Origin: Saccharolobus solfataricus
GTDB taxonomy: Archaea > Thermoproteota > Thermoprotei_A > Sulfolobales > Sulfolobaceae
Length of the DNA: 32,000 nucleotides
NCBI RefSeq assembly: GCF_900079115.1
Contig: NZ_LT549890.1
Span: 2,070,001-2,102,000 of the forward strand
Direction of reading: 5' to 3'
Below, piece after piece: positions 1-10,518 of this stretch. Every line of letters starts with the position of its first letter. Position 1 is the stretch's first letter. A program made the position numbers and the translations under genes. Below the pieces are notes generated by a model. The model saw only the letters and a list, made by a program, of their open reading frames with translations, did no database searches and was not told the DNA's origin.

Positions 1-129
1 CATTTAGAAATTTTAGAGAAATTCGGATTAGTAAATATTAATAGAGATAAAAATAAATGTTTCTATACTGTGACAAAGAATTATAAAATAGTTGAAAAGT
101 ATTTAGAGGAGGAAATAAGAAAAAGATAA
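1..129 (+). CDS. C-terminal fragment of a winged-helix (ArsR/MarR-like) transcription regulator; the 5' end lies outside the window
   Basis: Frame 1 is open from base 1 to TAA at 127-129. The translation HLEILEKFGLVNINRDKNKCFYTVTKNYKIVEKYLEEEIRKR looks like a recognition helix plus wing of a wHTH protein. Confidence 0.4.
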   Translation, partial: HLEILEKFGLVNINRDKNKCFYTVTKNYKIVEKYLEEEIRKR

Positions 130-140
130 CTGAGAAAAGT

Positions 141-1040
141 TTGAACGGCAGTTCAATATTTTTCATAGTATTATATCTAATATTTTTAATTATAGGCAAG
201 ATAAAATATGTAAAAGAAGCCGAGAGAATCGTAGACATCGTAGTTATACTTCTAATATTGACAATCTCATATTGGGCAGGAGAAGAGATCACGAGCAATC
301 AAGTCTTTAGCCTAGTTATAAGTTCACTAATACTGAGCATATTTTCAATAATTATCACATATTTTTCTGGAGTCGCAATAAGATCTTTTAATAATAGCAC
401 AAAACTCCTAGTAAAAACTAATAAAGAAAAAGTACCTAATAGAAGCAATAGACAGACGATAATAAAGTATATGTTACCTTTCATATCAGGATGGATCTTT
501 GGATTATTGTTTCATATAAATGATAATATTGTCATAAACTTAGTAGATTACGAATTGTATGCTTTGGCCTCAGTGCTAGGCTATACGATGGGAAAGGACG
601 TTAATCGTAAGGTAATTCTAAATAGTAGTAAGGATTCTTTAATCTCATTATTCATAACAATTCTTGGAGATATCATACTAGCACTAGTTATTTACATGTT
701 ACACATAGCTAACCTTACCATTTCATTTGCTATTGCGTTGGCCAGTGGATGGTATAGTTACGTTGGACCGTTAGTAGCAGTAAGCTCTAATCCCTATTTG
801 GGTACTCTAGCCTTTCTAATAAATTTCCTTAGAGAACAACTAACTTATGTTTTAGTACCTTTTCTTCTTAGAGTGAAATTTGAACCTAGATCTGCAGTAG
901 CTGTAGGAGGTGCGACAGCAATGGATACTACACTTCCACTCTATGTAGAAGTTTTGGGAAAAGAGTATGCTCTATCCGCAATGATTACAGGTGTAATATT
1001 AACGCTTATAATACCAATTATTTTACCTCTAATAATCTAA
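141..1040 (+). CDS. Polytopic membrane protein, possibly DUF340/LysO-like (lysine exporter family)
   Basis: 299-aa ORF with a TTG start. It has multiple hydrophobic helices in two halves and a C-terminal GGATAMDTTLPLY segment that resembles LysO/DUF340 proteins. The family call is from memory only. Confidence 0.5.
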   Translation: MNGSSIFFIVLYLIFLIIGKIKYVKEAERIVDIVVILLILTISYWAGEEITSNQVFSLVISSLILSIFSIIITYFSGVAIRSFNNSTKLLVKTNKEKVPNRSNRQTIIKYMLPFISGWIFGLLFHINDNIVINLVDYELYALASVLGYTMGKDVNRKVILNSSKDSLISLFITILGDIILALVIYMLHIANLTISFAIALASGWYSYVGPLVAVSSNPYLGTLAFLINFLREQLTYVLVPFLLRVKFEPRSAVAVGGATAMDTTLPLYVEVLGKEYALSAMITGVILTLIIPIILPLII

Positions 1041-1591
1041 ATCTTACCTATTTTTATCAGCAAAATTACTGCAACAATTATTACAATAAGGAGAACAATC
1101 AACGGTAAATAACTATATATTGTTGGGGATGGTGATTCATTTTCAGAATTTATCTGGAATATATATATATGTACGTTTTTACTAGTACCGTTTGCTTGAT
1201 AAAGTATATTGTTGTGATAAATTAGGTTTAATACTATTTCACTCCTATTTAATTTTAAAAATCCCTTATATACAGATATATTTGTGTTATTTTCCATTTT
1301 ACTTAGGATAAGAGTATAATTTCCAATAAGGCTCGCATTTATAAGTAATGCTGGTGGAAATAGGGAATAGTTAGAGATTGTGAAGACCTTATTATAAATT
1401 ATACTTCCATTAGAATTATAGATTGTAAAATTATAGGTTAAAGGAGATATTGATAATATAGTATAATTATATACATATAGATATAAAGTATTATTATAAA
1501 TTATCTGAACGTTATAGGAAAAAGATTGGTGAGGAGAAAGAGGTATTGAAATTAATAATATAAGAAATATAAATGCTAATTGATAAACCAT
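1037..1591 (-). CDS. Secreted or membrane-anchored glycoprotein, function unknown
   Basis: 184 aa with an N-terminal hydrophobic signal (MVYQLAFIFLILLISIPL), many N-x-S/T sequons and a C-terminal TM helix followed by basic residues. It converges on the previous gene with a 4-nt overlap. Confidence 0.5.
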   Translation of the reverse strand: MVYQLAFIFLILLISIPLSPHQSFSYNVQIIYNNTLYLYVYNYTILSISPLTYNFTIYNSNGSIIYNKVFTISNYSLFPPALLINASLIGNYTLILSKMENNTNISVYKGFLKLNRSEIVLNLIYHNNILYQANGTSKNVHIYIFQINSENESPSPTIYSYLPLIVLLIVIIVAVILLIKIGKI

Positions 1592-1625
1592 ACATTAATA
1601 ACTCTCTTTTAACTTTATAAAATCT

Positions 1626-2357
1626 ATGAGCGACGAGTGGATTAAAATCTTTGAATCTGATTTTTACGTTCGTGAGATGATAAAAGTATGGGATGAGGGA
1701 GAAAAGTGGGCTAATTGGATAGATGAAGTTGTGAGTAAATACAAGTTAGAAAAGAAGGTTCTAGATATACCTTGTGGAATTGGTAGAGTTTCGTATTTTC
1801 TTGCAAATAGGGGTTATAAGGTTACTGGAATAGATATTTCTGAAAGAATGATATCAATGGCAAGATCCAATATTCAAAACGGAAAATTTATAGTAGGCGA
1901 TATGAGAAAAATAAAGGAAATAATTGGTAATGAAAAGTACGACCTTGTGATAAATATTTACAACAGTTTAGGGTACTATTCCGAAGAAGATGATCTAAAG
2001 ATCTTAGAATCCTTACGAGATAGTACAAGGAAAATAGTGGTTATTAATTTAGATAATAGAGACTATATAATATATAATAGACCTAATGAATATTATACTT
2101 ATATACCGCCGTATTTAGTATACTCTAAAGTCGAATTTGAACAAGAAACTTCAAGGTTGAAAATTTATAGAAAATATTACCTAAATGATAAAGAAGTAGG
2201 AGAGATGATTTACGAGCAAAGACTATATAGCATCCACGAAATCTTAGCTCTACTCAAAAAGGCGGGACTACAACCAATAGAAGTCCTATCAGGATATTCT
2301 TGGAAGAAATTCAGCATAATGGATCCAGAAATGACGATAATAGCTACACCAGCTTAA
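1626..2357 (+). CDS. Class I SAM-dependent methyltransferase
   Basis: 243 aa with motif I VLDIPCGIGRVS, then an acidic residue after beta-2 (GIDISERM) and DLVINIYNSLGY. Confidence 0.8.
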   Translation: MSDEWIKIFESDFYVREMIKVWDEGEKWANWIDEVVSKYKLEKKVLDIPCGIGRVSYFLANRGYKVTGIDISERMISMARSNIQNGKFIVGDMRKIKEIIGNEKYDLVINIYNSLGYYSEEDDLKILESLRDSTRKIVVINLDNRDYIIYNRPNEYYTYIPPYLVYSKVEFEQETSRLKIYRKYYLNDKEVGEMIYEQRLYSIHEILALLKKAGLQPIEVLSGYSWKKFSIMDPEMTIIATPA

Positions 2358-2787
2358 CCGCTTAGCTTCCTCGGCAAAATAACAGCACTATATTTTTAAA
2401 AACGGTTCTCATGTAATTTAACTTCCCTATGACAATTCGTAGTATATTCTGTCCTAGAATATATAATCCTATTATGATAGATTTTTAGTTATGCCTAGTT
2501 AATCTATTGAATATTTTTCCACGAAACTACTATTATCTTTATTTCGATAATTCCAAAGTGTACAATTTAGGTTTGTGATGCCGTTTTCTTTGTGGTTGAG
2601 ATTAGACTCTCCTATATGCTCACTTAGTCAGCGTATCCAAATGACTTTACGTTTTCGTTTAAATTCAGTACGGAAGTTATTAATTGTTTTATATTCTCAC
2701 TCATTTTTTTATATAATAGACTCTAAAATACTATAACTTATACTTTTAAAATAAGCTTATATCCCAGTAACTCTATATATTATGTGA

Positions 2788-3864
<1,077 letters not shown>

Positions 3865-3896
3865 CTCTTTTTTACTATCCTTTCTTATTCTACACT

Positions 3897-4694
3897 ATGA
3901 ATTTTATTACATTTGCTGAGAAGTTAGGAATTGATCGGGAAGCTGCGATAAAAGTTTATAGATTGTTTAATGGTGGTTACTTTGAAAGTTTATACTATTC
4001 TAAACCTCCTATTCTCCATAAACTTAGGGAATGGCCTAGGAAATATTTGACAAAAAAACTGATATTAATAAAAAATTTTCAATTAAATCAAGCATTTGAA
4101 GCCCTAATATGGGCAGATATCATAGCAATCTATGGAATGTCTTCAAAATTAATCGATAGGCCTCTTAAATATGGCATTTTGGAGAAAAATATAGAGTACA
4201 TATATGAGGAAATCAAAAAGTATTCTCTTTCCAATAATTTTACTGACTATCCTACAACCTTAAGTCTGGATTTTATTAAGGTGGATTTTTCACCATTCAT
4301 AAAGGACTTAACTAATAAAAGAATGGAGGAGATGAAAGCTAACGATTCAGAAATAATAAATGATATTGCATATGATAGCAAATTGATGGAAGAAATAAAA
4401 ATTAAATATCCTTGGGCAAAGAACGTCAAAAGGGAGAACGCTGTAAGGGCTTTTCAATTATCTGAAAGAGTAAACGAATTCGTAGAGTATATTATACCAT
4501 TCATTTACTATTTGGCAGCATCGAAGACCCTTCATTTTGATTACACTCTTCTAAGTAATACTATTTCAGATACAATAAAACTTGTCGAAGAAGAAGGAAG
4601 TAGAGCAATAAAAGAGCAAGAAATGAGTAGTGAATACCAAAGAAAAGTTAGAGAACTTTACCAACTTATTATTACTACTCTTAACTACTTTTAG
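3897..4694 (+). CDS. Hypothetical protein (helical, no recognised motif)
   Basis: 265-aa ORF with an ATG start 33 nt after the mcr stop. Only a short shadow ORF competes with it. Confidence 0.55.
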   Translation: MNFITFAEKLGIDREAAIKVYRLFNGGYFESLYYSKPPILHKLREWPRKYLTKKLILIKNFQLNQAFEALIWADIIAIYGMSSKLIDRPLKYGILEKNIEYIYEEIKKYSLSNNFTDYPTTLSLDFIKVDFSPFIKDLTNKRMEEMKANDSEIINDIAYDSKLMEEIKIKYPWAKNVKRENAVRAFQLSERVNEFVEYIIPFIYYLAASKTLHFDYTLLSNTISDTIKLVEEEGSRAIKEQEMSSEYQRKVRELYQLIITTLNYF

Positions 4695-4726
4695 GTTTAT
4701 ATACTATTTCGGCATAAAGATAACAC

Positions 4727-5074
4727 GTGACAACAAGAGGAAAAGAACAGCAGAAAAAAAAGAAAAGATATACTGAAAGTATTGCTGCATTTAAAAAAGA
4801 ATTAAAAGCACTAAGCTTTGAACCAATTTATGGGGAGTCCATAAAGGATATAATAGCGAGATTAACGGTGAAAATAGAAGATATTGCAAACCAGTACAAG
4901 TATACAGTGGAATTTCCTGAGAAAGCTGAAATTGAGGCTGAAGGAGACATTTACTATTTCATATATCCTATAACTCTGAAGACAAAGACTGGAAGAAAAA
5001 AAATCTATCTTCATGTCCAATACCTTATGTATGATCAGAACCAATGGGCCGGAATGATAACTGGAGTTAAATAA
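4727..5074 (+). CDS. Hypothetical small basic protein
   Basis: 115-aa ORF with a GTG start and a lysine-rich N-terminus (EQQKKKKRY). Its 3' end overlaps the convergent protease gene by 8 nt. Confidence 0.45.
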   Translation: MTTRGKEQQKKKKRYTESIAAFKKELKALSFEPIYGESIKDIIARLTVKIEDIANQYKYTVEFPEKAEIEAEGDIYYFIYPITLKTKTGRKKIYLHVQYLMYDQNQWAGMITGVK

Positions 5075-8000
5075 ACTTCTTTCTTCTCTTTATCAAGATC
5101 AATGCAATAATAGTTATAATATCTAGTACGATTCCTATAGTCAAAATTGAACCACTGTCTAAACTCGGGTAACTAGACTTAGCATGATTATTACCAATCG
5201 TTGTGATGTAGTTTACATTATTGCCTACAGTACTATTTATTTTTATTATTTCTGAATTGACTAGACTTACATTTTGCACCTTAGAATTGATTAAGGTAAC
5301 TGTACCGTTTTCAACAATCAAGTTACGTATTATACTATTAATAAAAGTAGCATTATGCCCAACTACTATAGCTTTATCTATGAACTCATTAAAGGCTATA
5401 GTGCCATTGAATACGCTCACATATACATAAGGTAAGACAACAAATTGACTAGAAGGTGATATAGGATTTATGGATAAAGTATTAACGTCAAGAGTGGCAG
5501 GGAAATTCGTAGGAATTCCATCCGCAGATATACCCTCCACATAAACATCCCAATAGCCAGATATACCATAGGTAGAATAGCCTAAGGAATTAGTAGAAGA
5601 TCCGCTTGGAATTTCCAATTGACCAATCCAACTTCCGTTGATGTACGTTAAGGGAACACTGTATTGCAACTGTAAGTTATCGAACTGGCTGGAGAGATAG
5701 GAGGGAACAATAATAGCGGAAAATGAACCGTATTTAACCTCAGTGCCATTAGGATAAGTAATATTTGCTATAACGTATATTTGTTGATTTTGATACACAA
5801 TACTATTATTAGGTATTATTCTAACCTTAACGTTAAGTGAGTATGGAGACACGTAAATTTGAGTTAAACCTACGCCCTCTGCAGTAAAGTTAGAAGCGTT
5901 GTAAATTGCCTTAGTAACAACATAGTAGTATCCTGGCTTCAATTTTGGCAAGGTAATTTGAGTTATATATAATAAAGTATTCTGATAAGTAATTGCATTA
6001 ACGGGTATAGAGTAAACCTTATTTCCCGAGATATTATAGAAAGTTACAGTAACGTTAGGAGATCCTATTGCTAAGGCTTCAGCGAGTATTGTAACGTTTT
6101 GACCAGGGGATAGTACCACTGGGTTTGTAAAGACTGGAGGATAGACCGCATCAAGAATATATATGCCACTAACGAATTCGTCAAAGCCAAACACGTTCGG
6201 TATTTTAATAAAATAGACTCCACTTATGATATTGCTTGGCAACTGATAGACCCCGGTGAGGTAGCTAGATTCAATTTGGATACCTAAAATGGAAAGGTTT
6301 ATTAATGAGGTTCTTTGCAATTGAACGCTAGAAATAATTGACATTTTATTATTCATCTGATCATATTTATATATCAAAGCTGTAAGATTTGAAGGATTCC
6401 TCACTAGAGAACCATTGGGATAAATAAGTTGAACAACTATAGGAACGGGTTCAGGCTCTGGGAATAATGCAATAGGCGGAAAAATGAATTGAGCTTGATA
6501 ACCAATAGTAACGTAAGTAGAACCTTCTAAATTACCCGCTTTTACTATTACTTCCTCTATACCGCTTCCTTCTGCAACAAATTCACCAACCCAATAAGTT
6601 CCATTAAACGACAATGAGAACTGCTGAACAACAGAGCTACCATTATACACGATTCCAATTACACTTGAAGGTCTTATTCCGGTAATATTAGCGACTACTT
6701 TTACGACTTGCCCATCTAAATATGTAATATTATTAACCCCCACAGAAATACTTGAAGAGTGTATTACTTTAGGTAATAGTTGATATAAATATCCGGCATT
6801 TATTGATCCTAAACCAGTTACAGGATTCAATTCTGACGAATTAACGTAATAAGGTGTATTATATCCGAAACCTATGGGAGATAATGCACTTGTGTTTCTT
6901 AGCTCATAAAGAAAAGGATTTACAAATCCTAGCTTACCGTAGCTTTGAGTCATTAGGTCAATAATCCCACTAACTATTGGTGTAGCTAATGATGTGCCGC
7001 CCACTAAGTAAGTTTGATTGTAGTAATACAAGATAAAAGCACCAGTATATGGATTAGCGTCAGCTACAACATCTGGGACCACTCTAAAACCATTACTATC
7101 TTGATACCAAGGAGCGGGAAATAATGTACTATATCCACCGGTAGACGCTCCTAGCACGCTTTCACCGCTCCACGCTGTTTCCATAGTCTTATTCCCACCT
7201 ATGTAGACAGATGAACCGCCTACTGCTAAGACGTAAGGTATAGAAGCTGGAAATATTACGGAACCTTGAGGAGCTAAGAAGTAATTGTATCCATTTCCGC
7301 CTGCGTCACCAGAAGCAGCAGCGAAACTAATCCCCTCAACCTCACCTAGCCAATATTCATACATTAGCGAATTGACATATGAAAGAGGAATTAGACCTAA
7401 ATCTACATATAGTTCGGGGATACCAAAACTTTGCGATACTACGTTTACTTCATCTTGTTGAACTATATATGCTATAATTGCAGGAAGAGGGATATTTGGA
7501 TTGGCTACGTATAAAACAATTCCAGCATCAGGAGCTATAACATGAGCATACTCAACATCTAAAGAGATTTCCATTGCCCAACCTGTTGAAATACCATTAT
7601 TAGGATTGTAAGCTCCTATGGGGACAATTTTAAAGAATGGAGGATTTGGAATATTATACTGTTTGTCAAATTCTTGTAATTGTTGCTGTATGTAGGGATT
7701 ACCGTAGAAATCCAATATGCCTATAGCGGTGCCTTTTCCAGTTATGTTATGGGCGTGTAACCAGCTAATATTATAAGCATAGAGTAATTGACTAGGCTTT
7801 AATGCATTATATGCGACAGCTTGTGTAACGTTATAGAGTGTTGTGGGCTTATTTAGAATTAGTGAAGTAATATTAGTACCTATTACGATGGCGTTAGGAA
7901 TTACTGGAGAACCAAAAAATTCAAAGAACCTCTTTCCGTTGAGTTCATAAACGTAGAACTTCCCATTTAATGCTTTCTCTAGCTGTGAAACAGTTCCACT

Positions 8001-8300
8001 AGCCAATATTACATTCATATAACTGGTTGCGGATATATTTGATTGCCTTAACTGAGATAACGTTTTTGATATTTCCTCTGTTGGAATGAAAAGCTTTTCC
8101 ACTTGAGTCTGATTTAATATTACATGTTCTTGAACATATTGTTGTAAAAGAGTTAGATTACTCGGTGGAAAAACTATAGCCACCGTTAAGTAATAGTTTG
8201 GAGATAATGTTGTGATTGACTGGTTGTTTATATTCGTAATAGTCAATGGTAATACAATGTCACTTAAAGCTAAAATCAGCAAGAATATACTCCATGTCAT
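5067..8300 (-). CDS. Extracellular S53 (sedolisin/kumamolisin-like) serine-carboxyl peptidase with a long glycosylated C-terminal extension and a C-terminal membrane anchor
   Basis: 1077 aa with an N-terminal signal peptide and a pro-kumamolisin-like propeptide region. Sedolisin motifs are present: EISLDVEYAHVIAP, AAASGDAGGNG and the nucleophile motif GGTSLATPIVSGI. There are dozens of N-x-S/T sequons and a terminal TM helix followed by KRRKKFI. Confidence 0.8.
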   Translation of the reverse strand: MTWSIFLLILALSDIVLPLTITNINNQSITTLSPNYYLTVAIVFPPSNLTLLQQYVQEHVILNQTQVEKLFIPTEEISKTLSQLRQSNISATSYMNVILASGTVSQLEKALNGKFYVYELNGKRFFEFFGSPVIPNAIVIGTNITSLILNKPTTLYNVTQAVAYNALKPSQLLYAYNISWLHAHNITGKGTAIGILDFYGNPYIQQQLQEFDKQYNIPNPPFFKIVPIGAYNPNNGISTGWAMEISLDVEYAHVIAPDAGIVLYVANPNIPLPAIIAYIVQQDEVNVVSQSFGIPELYVDLGLIPLSYVNSLMYEYWLGEVEGISFAAASGDAGGNGYNYFLAPQGSVIFPASIPYVLAVGGSSVYIGGNKTMETAWSGESVLGASTGGYSTLFPAPWYQDSNGFRVVPDVVADANPYTGAFILYYYNQTYLVGGTSLATPIVSGIIDLMTQSYGKLGFVNPFLYELRNTSALSPIGFGYNTPYYVNSSELNPVTGLGSINAGYLYQLLPKVIHSSSISVGVNNITYLDGQVVKVVANITGIRPSSVIGIVYNGSSVVQQFSLSFNGTYWVGEFVAEGSGIEEVIVKAGNLEGSTYVTIGYQAQFIFPPIALFPEPEPVPIVVQLIYPNGSLVRNPSNLTALIYKYDQMNNKMSIISSVQLQRTSLINLSILGIQIESSYLTGVYQLPSNIISGVYFIKIPNVFGFDEFVSGIYILDAVYPPVFTNPVVLSPGQNVTILAEALAIGSPNVTVTFYNISGNKVYSIPVNAITYQNTLLYITQITLPKLKPGYYYVVTKAIYNASNFTAEGVGLTQIYVSPYSLNVKVRIIPNNSIVYQNQQIYVIANITYPNGTEVKYGSFSAIIVPSYLSSQFDNLQLQYSVPLTYINGSWIGQLEIPSGSSTNSLGYSTYGISGYWDVYVEGISADGIPTNFPATLDVNTLSINPISPSSQFVVLPYVYVSVFNGTIAFNEFIDKAIVVGHNATFINSIIRNLIVENGTVTLINSKVQNVSLVNSEIIKINSTVGNNVNYITTIGNNHAKSSYPSLDSGSILTIGIVLDIITIIALILIKRRKKFI

Positions 8301-8484
8301 TAAACCAAAAATAGTTTCTGAGAGTATATAGTTTTTCCCAATATCTGAGCTTCCAATGCTATTTAACTCCCCAGTTAAATAAGGAGAGCGATCACGCGAA
8401 AATGGTTTTTAAGGAAGCTTGAAAACTTTTAATTAGAGAACATAATAATCACTAGACTTTAGTGCTAAAAAGGTTAGCAATGAT

Positions 8485-8500
8485 TTTAAATTTATACATA
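8485..8500 (+). promoter_or_regulatory. Candidate TATA box/BRE for icd (leaderless transcript)
   Basis: TTTTAAATTTATACAT is centred about 23-25 nt upstream of the ATG at 8517. This is the usual Sulfolobus spacing between TATA box and transcription start for leaderless mRNAs. Confidence 0.35.
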
Positions 8501-8516
8501 GTAGAGTTAGAGTTTG

Positions 8517-9755
8517 ATGCAAAAGATACCAGAAGATGGAGAAGTAATTAAATTTGAAAATGGGAAATGGATTGTACCAAAAAAGCCAATAATTCTGTAT
8601 GTTGAAGGGGATGGAATAGGGCATGAAATAACACATGCTGCTATGAAGGTTATAAACAAAGCAGTGGAAAAAGCTTATGGATCTGATAGAGAAATTAAGT
8701 GGGTAGAAGTTCTAGCAGGAGATAAGGCAGAAAAGCTAACCGGAAATAGATTTCCTAAAGAGTCAGAGGAATTGATAGAGAAGTATAGAGTCTTATTAAA
8801 AGGTCCCCTAGAAACACCAATAGGCAAAGGCTGGAAATCCATCAATGTAGCAATTAGATTAATGTTGGATCTTTATGCAAATATAAGACCAGTAAAATAC
8901 ATTCCAGGTATAGAAAGTCCAATTAAGAACGCAGATAAGATTGACCTTATAATATTTAGGGAAAATACTGATGATTTGTACAGAGGAATAGAGTATCCTT
9001 ATGACAGTGAACAAGCAAAGAAAATTAGAGATTTTCTAAGAAAGGAGCTAGGAGTGGAAGTGGAAGATGATACTGGAATTGGTATAAAACTTATCAGTAG
9101 ATTTAAGACGCAAAGGATTGCGAGAATGGCTATAAAATACGCTATAGACCATAAACGAAAGAAAGTTACAATAATGCATAAAGGTAATGTGATGAAATAT
9201 ACCGAAGGAGCATTTAGAGAATGGTCATATGAAGTTGCAACAAAAGAATTTAGAGATTATATAGTTACTGAGGAAGAGGTAACAAAGAATTATAATGGAG
9301 TACCTCCTTCTGGGAAGGTCATAATAAATGATAGGATAGCTGATAACATGTTCCAACAGATAATTATCAGACCAGACGAGTACGATATAATATTAGCACC
9401 TAACGTAAATGGGGATTACATATCGGATGCTGCGGGCGCACTGGTAGGAAATATTGGTATGTTAGGCGGTGCAAATATAGGAGATACTGGAGGTATGTTC
9501 GAGGCAATACATGGTACCGCACCTAAGTATGCTGGTAAGAATGTTGCAAACCCCACTGGAATAATAAAAGGTGGTGAGTTAATGTTAAGATTTATGGGAT
9601 GGGATAAGGCTGCTGAGTTAATAGATTCTGCAATCATGGAATCTATAAGACAGAAGAAGGTTACTCAGGATTTAGCTAGATTTATGGGTGTAAGAGCCTT
9701 ATCAACTACTGAATATACTGACGAGCTAATTGCGATAATCGATACACTATCATAA
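8517..9755 (+). CDS. icd: NADP-dependent isocitrate dehydrogenase
   Basis: Full-length match to the isocitrate/isopropylmalate dehydrogenase fold, with motifs SINVAIRLMLDLYANIRP, IFRENTDDLY and NVNGDYISDAAGALVGNIGMLGGANIG. I prefer the ATG at 8517 over the in-frame TTG at 8514. Confidence 0.93.
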   Translation: MQKIPEDGEVIKFENGKWIVPKKPIILYVEGDGIGHEITHAAMKVINKAVEKAYGSDREIKWVEVLAGDKAEKLTGNRFPKESEELIEKYRVLLKGPLETPIGKGWKSINVAIRLMLDLYANIRPVKYIPGIESPIKNADKIDLIIFRENTDDLYRGIEYPYDSEQAKKIRDFLRKELGVEVEDDTGIGIKLISRFKTQRIARMAIKYAIDHKRKKVTIMHKGNVMKYTEGAFREWSYEVATKEFRDYIVTEEEVTKNYNGVPPSGKVIINDRIADNMFQQIIIRPDEYDIILAPNVNGDYISDAAGALVGNIGMLGGANIGDTGGMFEAIHGTAPKYAGKNVANPTGIIKGGELMLRFMGWDKAAELIDSAIMESIRQKKVTQDLARFMGVRALSTTEYTDELIAIIDTLS

Positions 9756-9763
9756 ATTTTACA

Positions 9764-9781
9764 GTAAATTTCCTACGTTTC
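9764..9781 (+). repeat. ORB-like repeat copy 1 (GTAAATTTCCTACGTTTC)
   Basis: Identical 18-mer to 9826-9843. Its reverse complement GAAACGTAGGAAATTTAC contains the GGAAA core typical of archaeal origin recognition boxes. Confidence 0.6.
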
Positions 9782-9825
9782 TATAACACTTTCGTACCCT
9801 AATCTCTCAATACAATTGTCTCTGT

Positions 9826-9843
9826 GTAAATTTCCTACGTTTC
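9826..9843 (+). repeat. ORB-like repeat copy 2 (GTAAATTTCCTACGTTTC)
   Basis: Perfect 18-bp direct repeat of 9764-9781, 62 bp downstream. Confidence 0.6.
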
Positions 9844-10008
9844 ATCTGAAAATCTAGCTATTAGAGCTTGGTTTAATTATACAAACTCAATATTTTTCTT
9901 TTTTCCTTCCTTTAATGTTTCAGATGAAATTAAGAGAGTGTCTCTTTAAAAACGATAATACTTTATACAAACGTACTACTTTTGGCGGTATATAGGGTAT
10001 TTTTAAGG

Positions 10009-10031
10009 ATGAAATCACAGGAAATTTACTG
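10009..10031 (-). repeat. ORB-like repeat copy 3, inverted orientation, imperfect
   Basis: The plus strand reads ATGAAATCACAGGAAATTTACTG. Its reverse complement CAGTAAATTTCCTGTGATTTCAT shares CAGTAAATTTCCT with copy 1 and then diverges. CACAGGAAA resembles the ORB core I recall from crenarchaeal origins. A degenerate partner, TTAAATTTTTCC, lies at 10045-10056. Confidence 0.5.
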
Positions 10032-10215
10032 CATAACTGGGGAGTTAAATTTTTCCGATAATTATAATATTTCAGAAAAAAGAATTTAAAGTCCAATATT
10101 TGCTTCACTATGGTTACATTACCTTGTAATAAGGAAAAACTATTTTTAGATTCTAGACTTTTAAGTTTCTAACAATTATGAAAAGATTAATAAGTTAATT
10201 CTTGAAGGTAGGTTT

Positions 10216-10518
10216 GTGGCAATGGTTATTAGACGTACGTTTATAAAGTCTACCTTAGCAGTGTCCTTTTCAATATCGTATTTACTATACCTTATTGCTA
10301 GGGCATCTTTTGGATCGGGTAAACTAGCCTTTGTTATAGCATTGTTACAATTGTATCCTTACTTTCTAATTGAGTACTTGCCTACAGGGCAAGTTATTTC
10401 ATTGTTCTTCCAATCTCTTTTATTGCTTCTTTTTGCGATTTTCGTTTTATTGATTACATATATCTTATTTTCATTCTATAAATTATACAAAATGATTAAA
10501 ACCTCAGTTTTGAAGTAA
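10216..10518 (+). CDS. Possible small membrane protein (3 TM helices); coding status uncertain
   Basis: 100-aa ORF with a GTG start and a strongly hydrophobic translation. It lies between the ORB-like cluster and the Orc1/Cdc6 gene and may be a chance ORF in AT-rich DNA. Confidence 0.3.
   Translation: MAMVIRRTFIKSTLAVSFSISYLLYLIARASFGSGKLAFVIALLQLYPYFLIEYLPTGQVISLFFQSLLLLLFAIFVLLITYILFSFYKLYKMIKTSVLK

Larger units (their letters stand above)
9756..10215. other. Candidate chromosomal replication origin (oriC2-like) with ORB/mini-ORB-like repeats and an AT-rich spacer
   Basis: A non-coding stretch next to an Orc1/Cdc6 gene. It holds two perfect 18-bp direct repeats, one inverted imperfect copy, one degenerate copy, and a 12-bp inverted repeat bracketing an AT- and pyrimidine-rich segment (9852-9917). 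Confidence 0.65.

Noticed and set aside
38-484. ORF-track ORFs 38-298 (-) and 299-484 (-)
   Set aside because: They lie antisense to the partial wHTH fragment, the intergenic DNA and the 299-aa membrane-protein gene. They have low-complexity translations with no motifs, typical of shadow ORFs in AT-rich DNA.
2574-2633. Possible C/D-box sRNA in the mcr upstream region (GTGATGC ... TTGAGAT ... GTCAGC)
   Set aside because: Only a C-box-like GTGATG is present. No proper CTGA D box lies at the expected 50-60 nt spacing on either strand, and there is no terminal stem.
4247-5430. Short antisense ORFs 4247-4429 (-), 4862-5044 (-) and 5221-5430 (+)
   Set aside because: Each lies fully inside a longer, better-supported ORF on the opposite strand and has a hydrophobic or low-complexity translation.
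8433-8636. ORF 8433-8636 (-) overlapping the icd start
   Set aside because: It overlaps the icd promoter and N-terminus. icd is unambiguous and the 67-aa translation has no features.
9920-10108. 62-aa ORF (-) inside the putative origin
   Set aside because: It spans the ORB-like repeats and AT-rich DNA. The lysine/phenylalanine-rich translation is typical of random AT-rich sequence, so the region is better explained as non-coding origin DNA.
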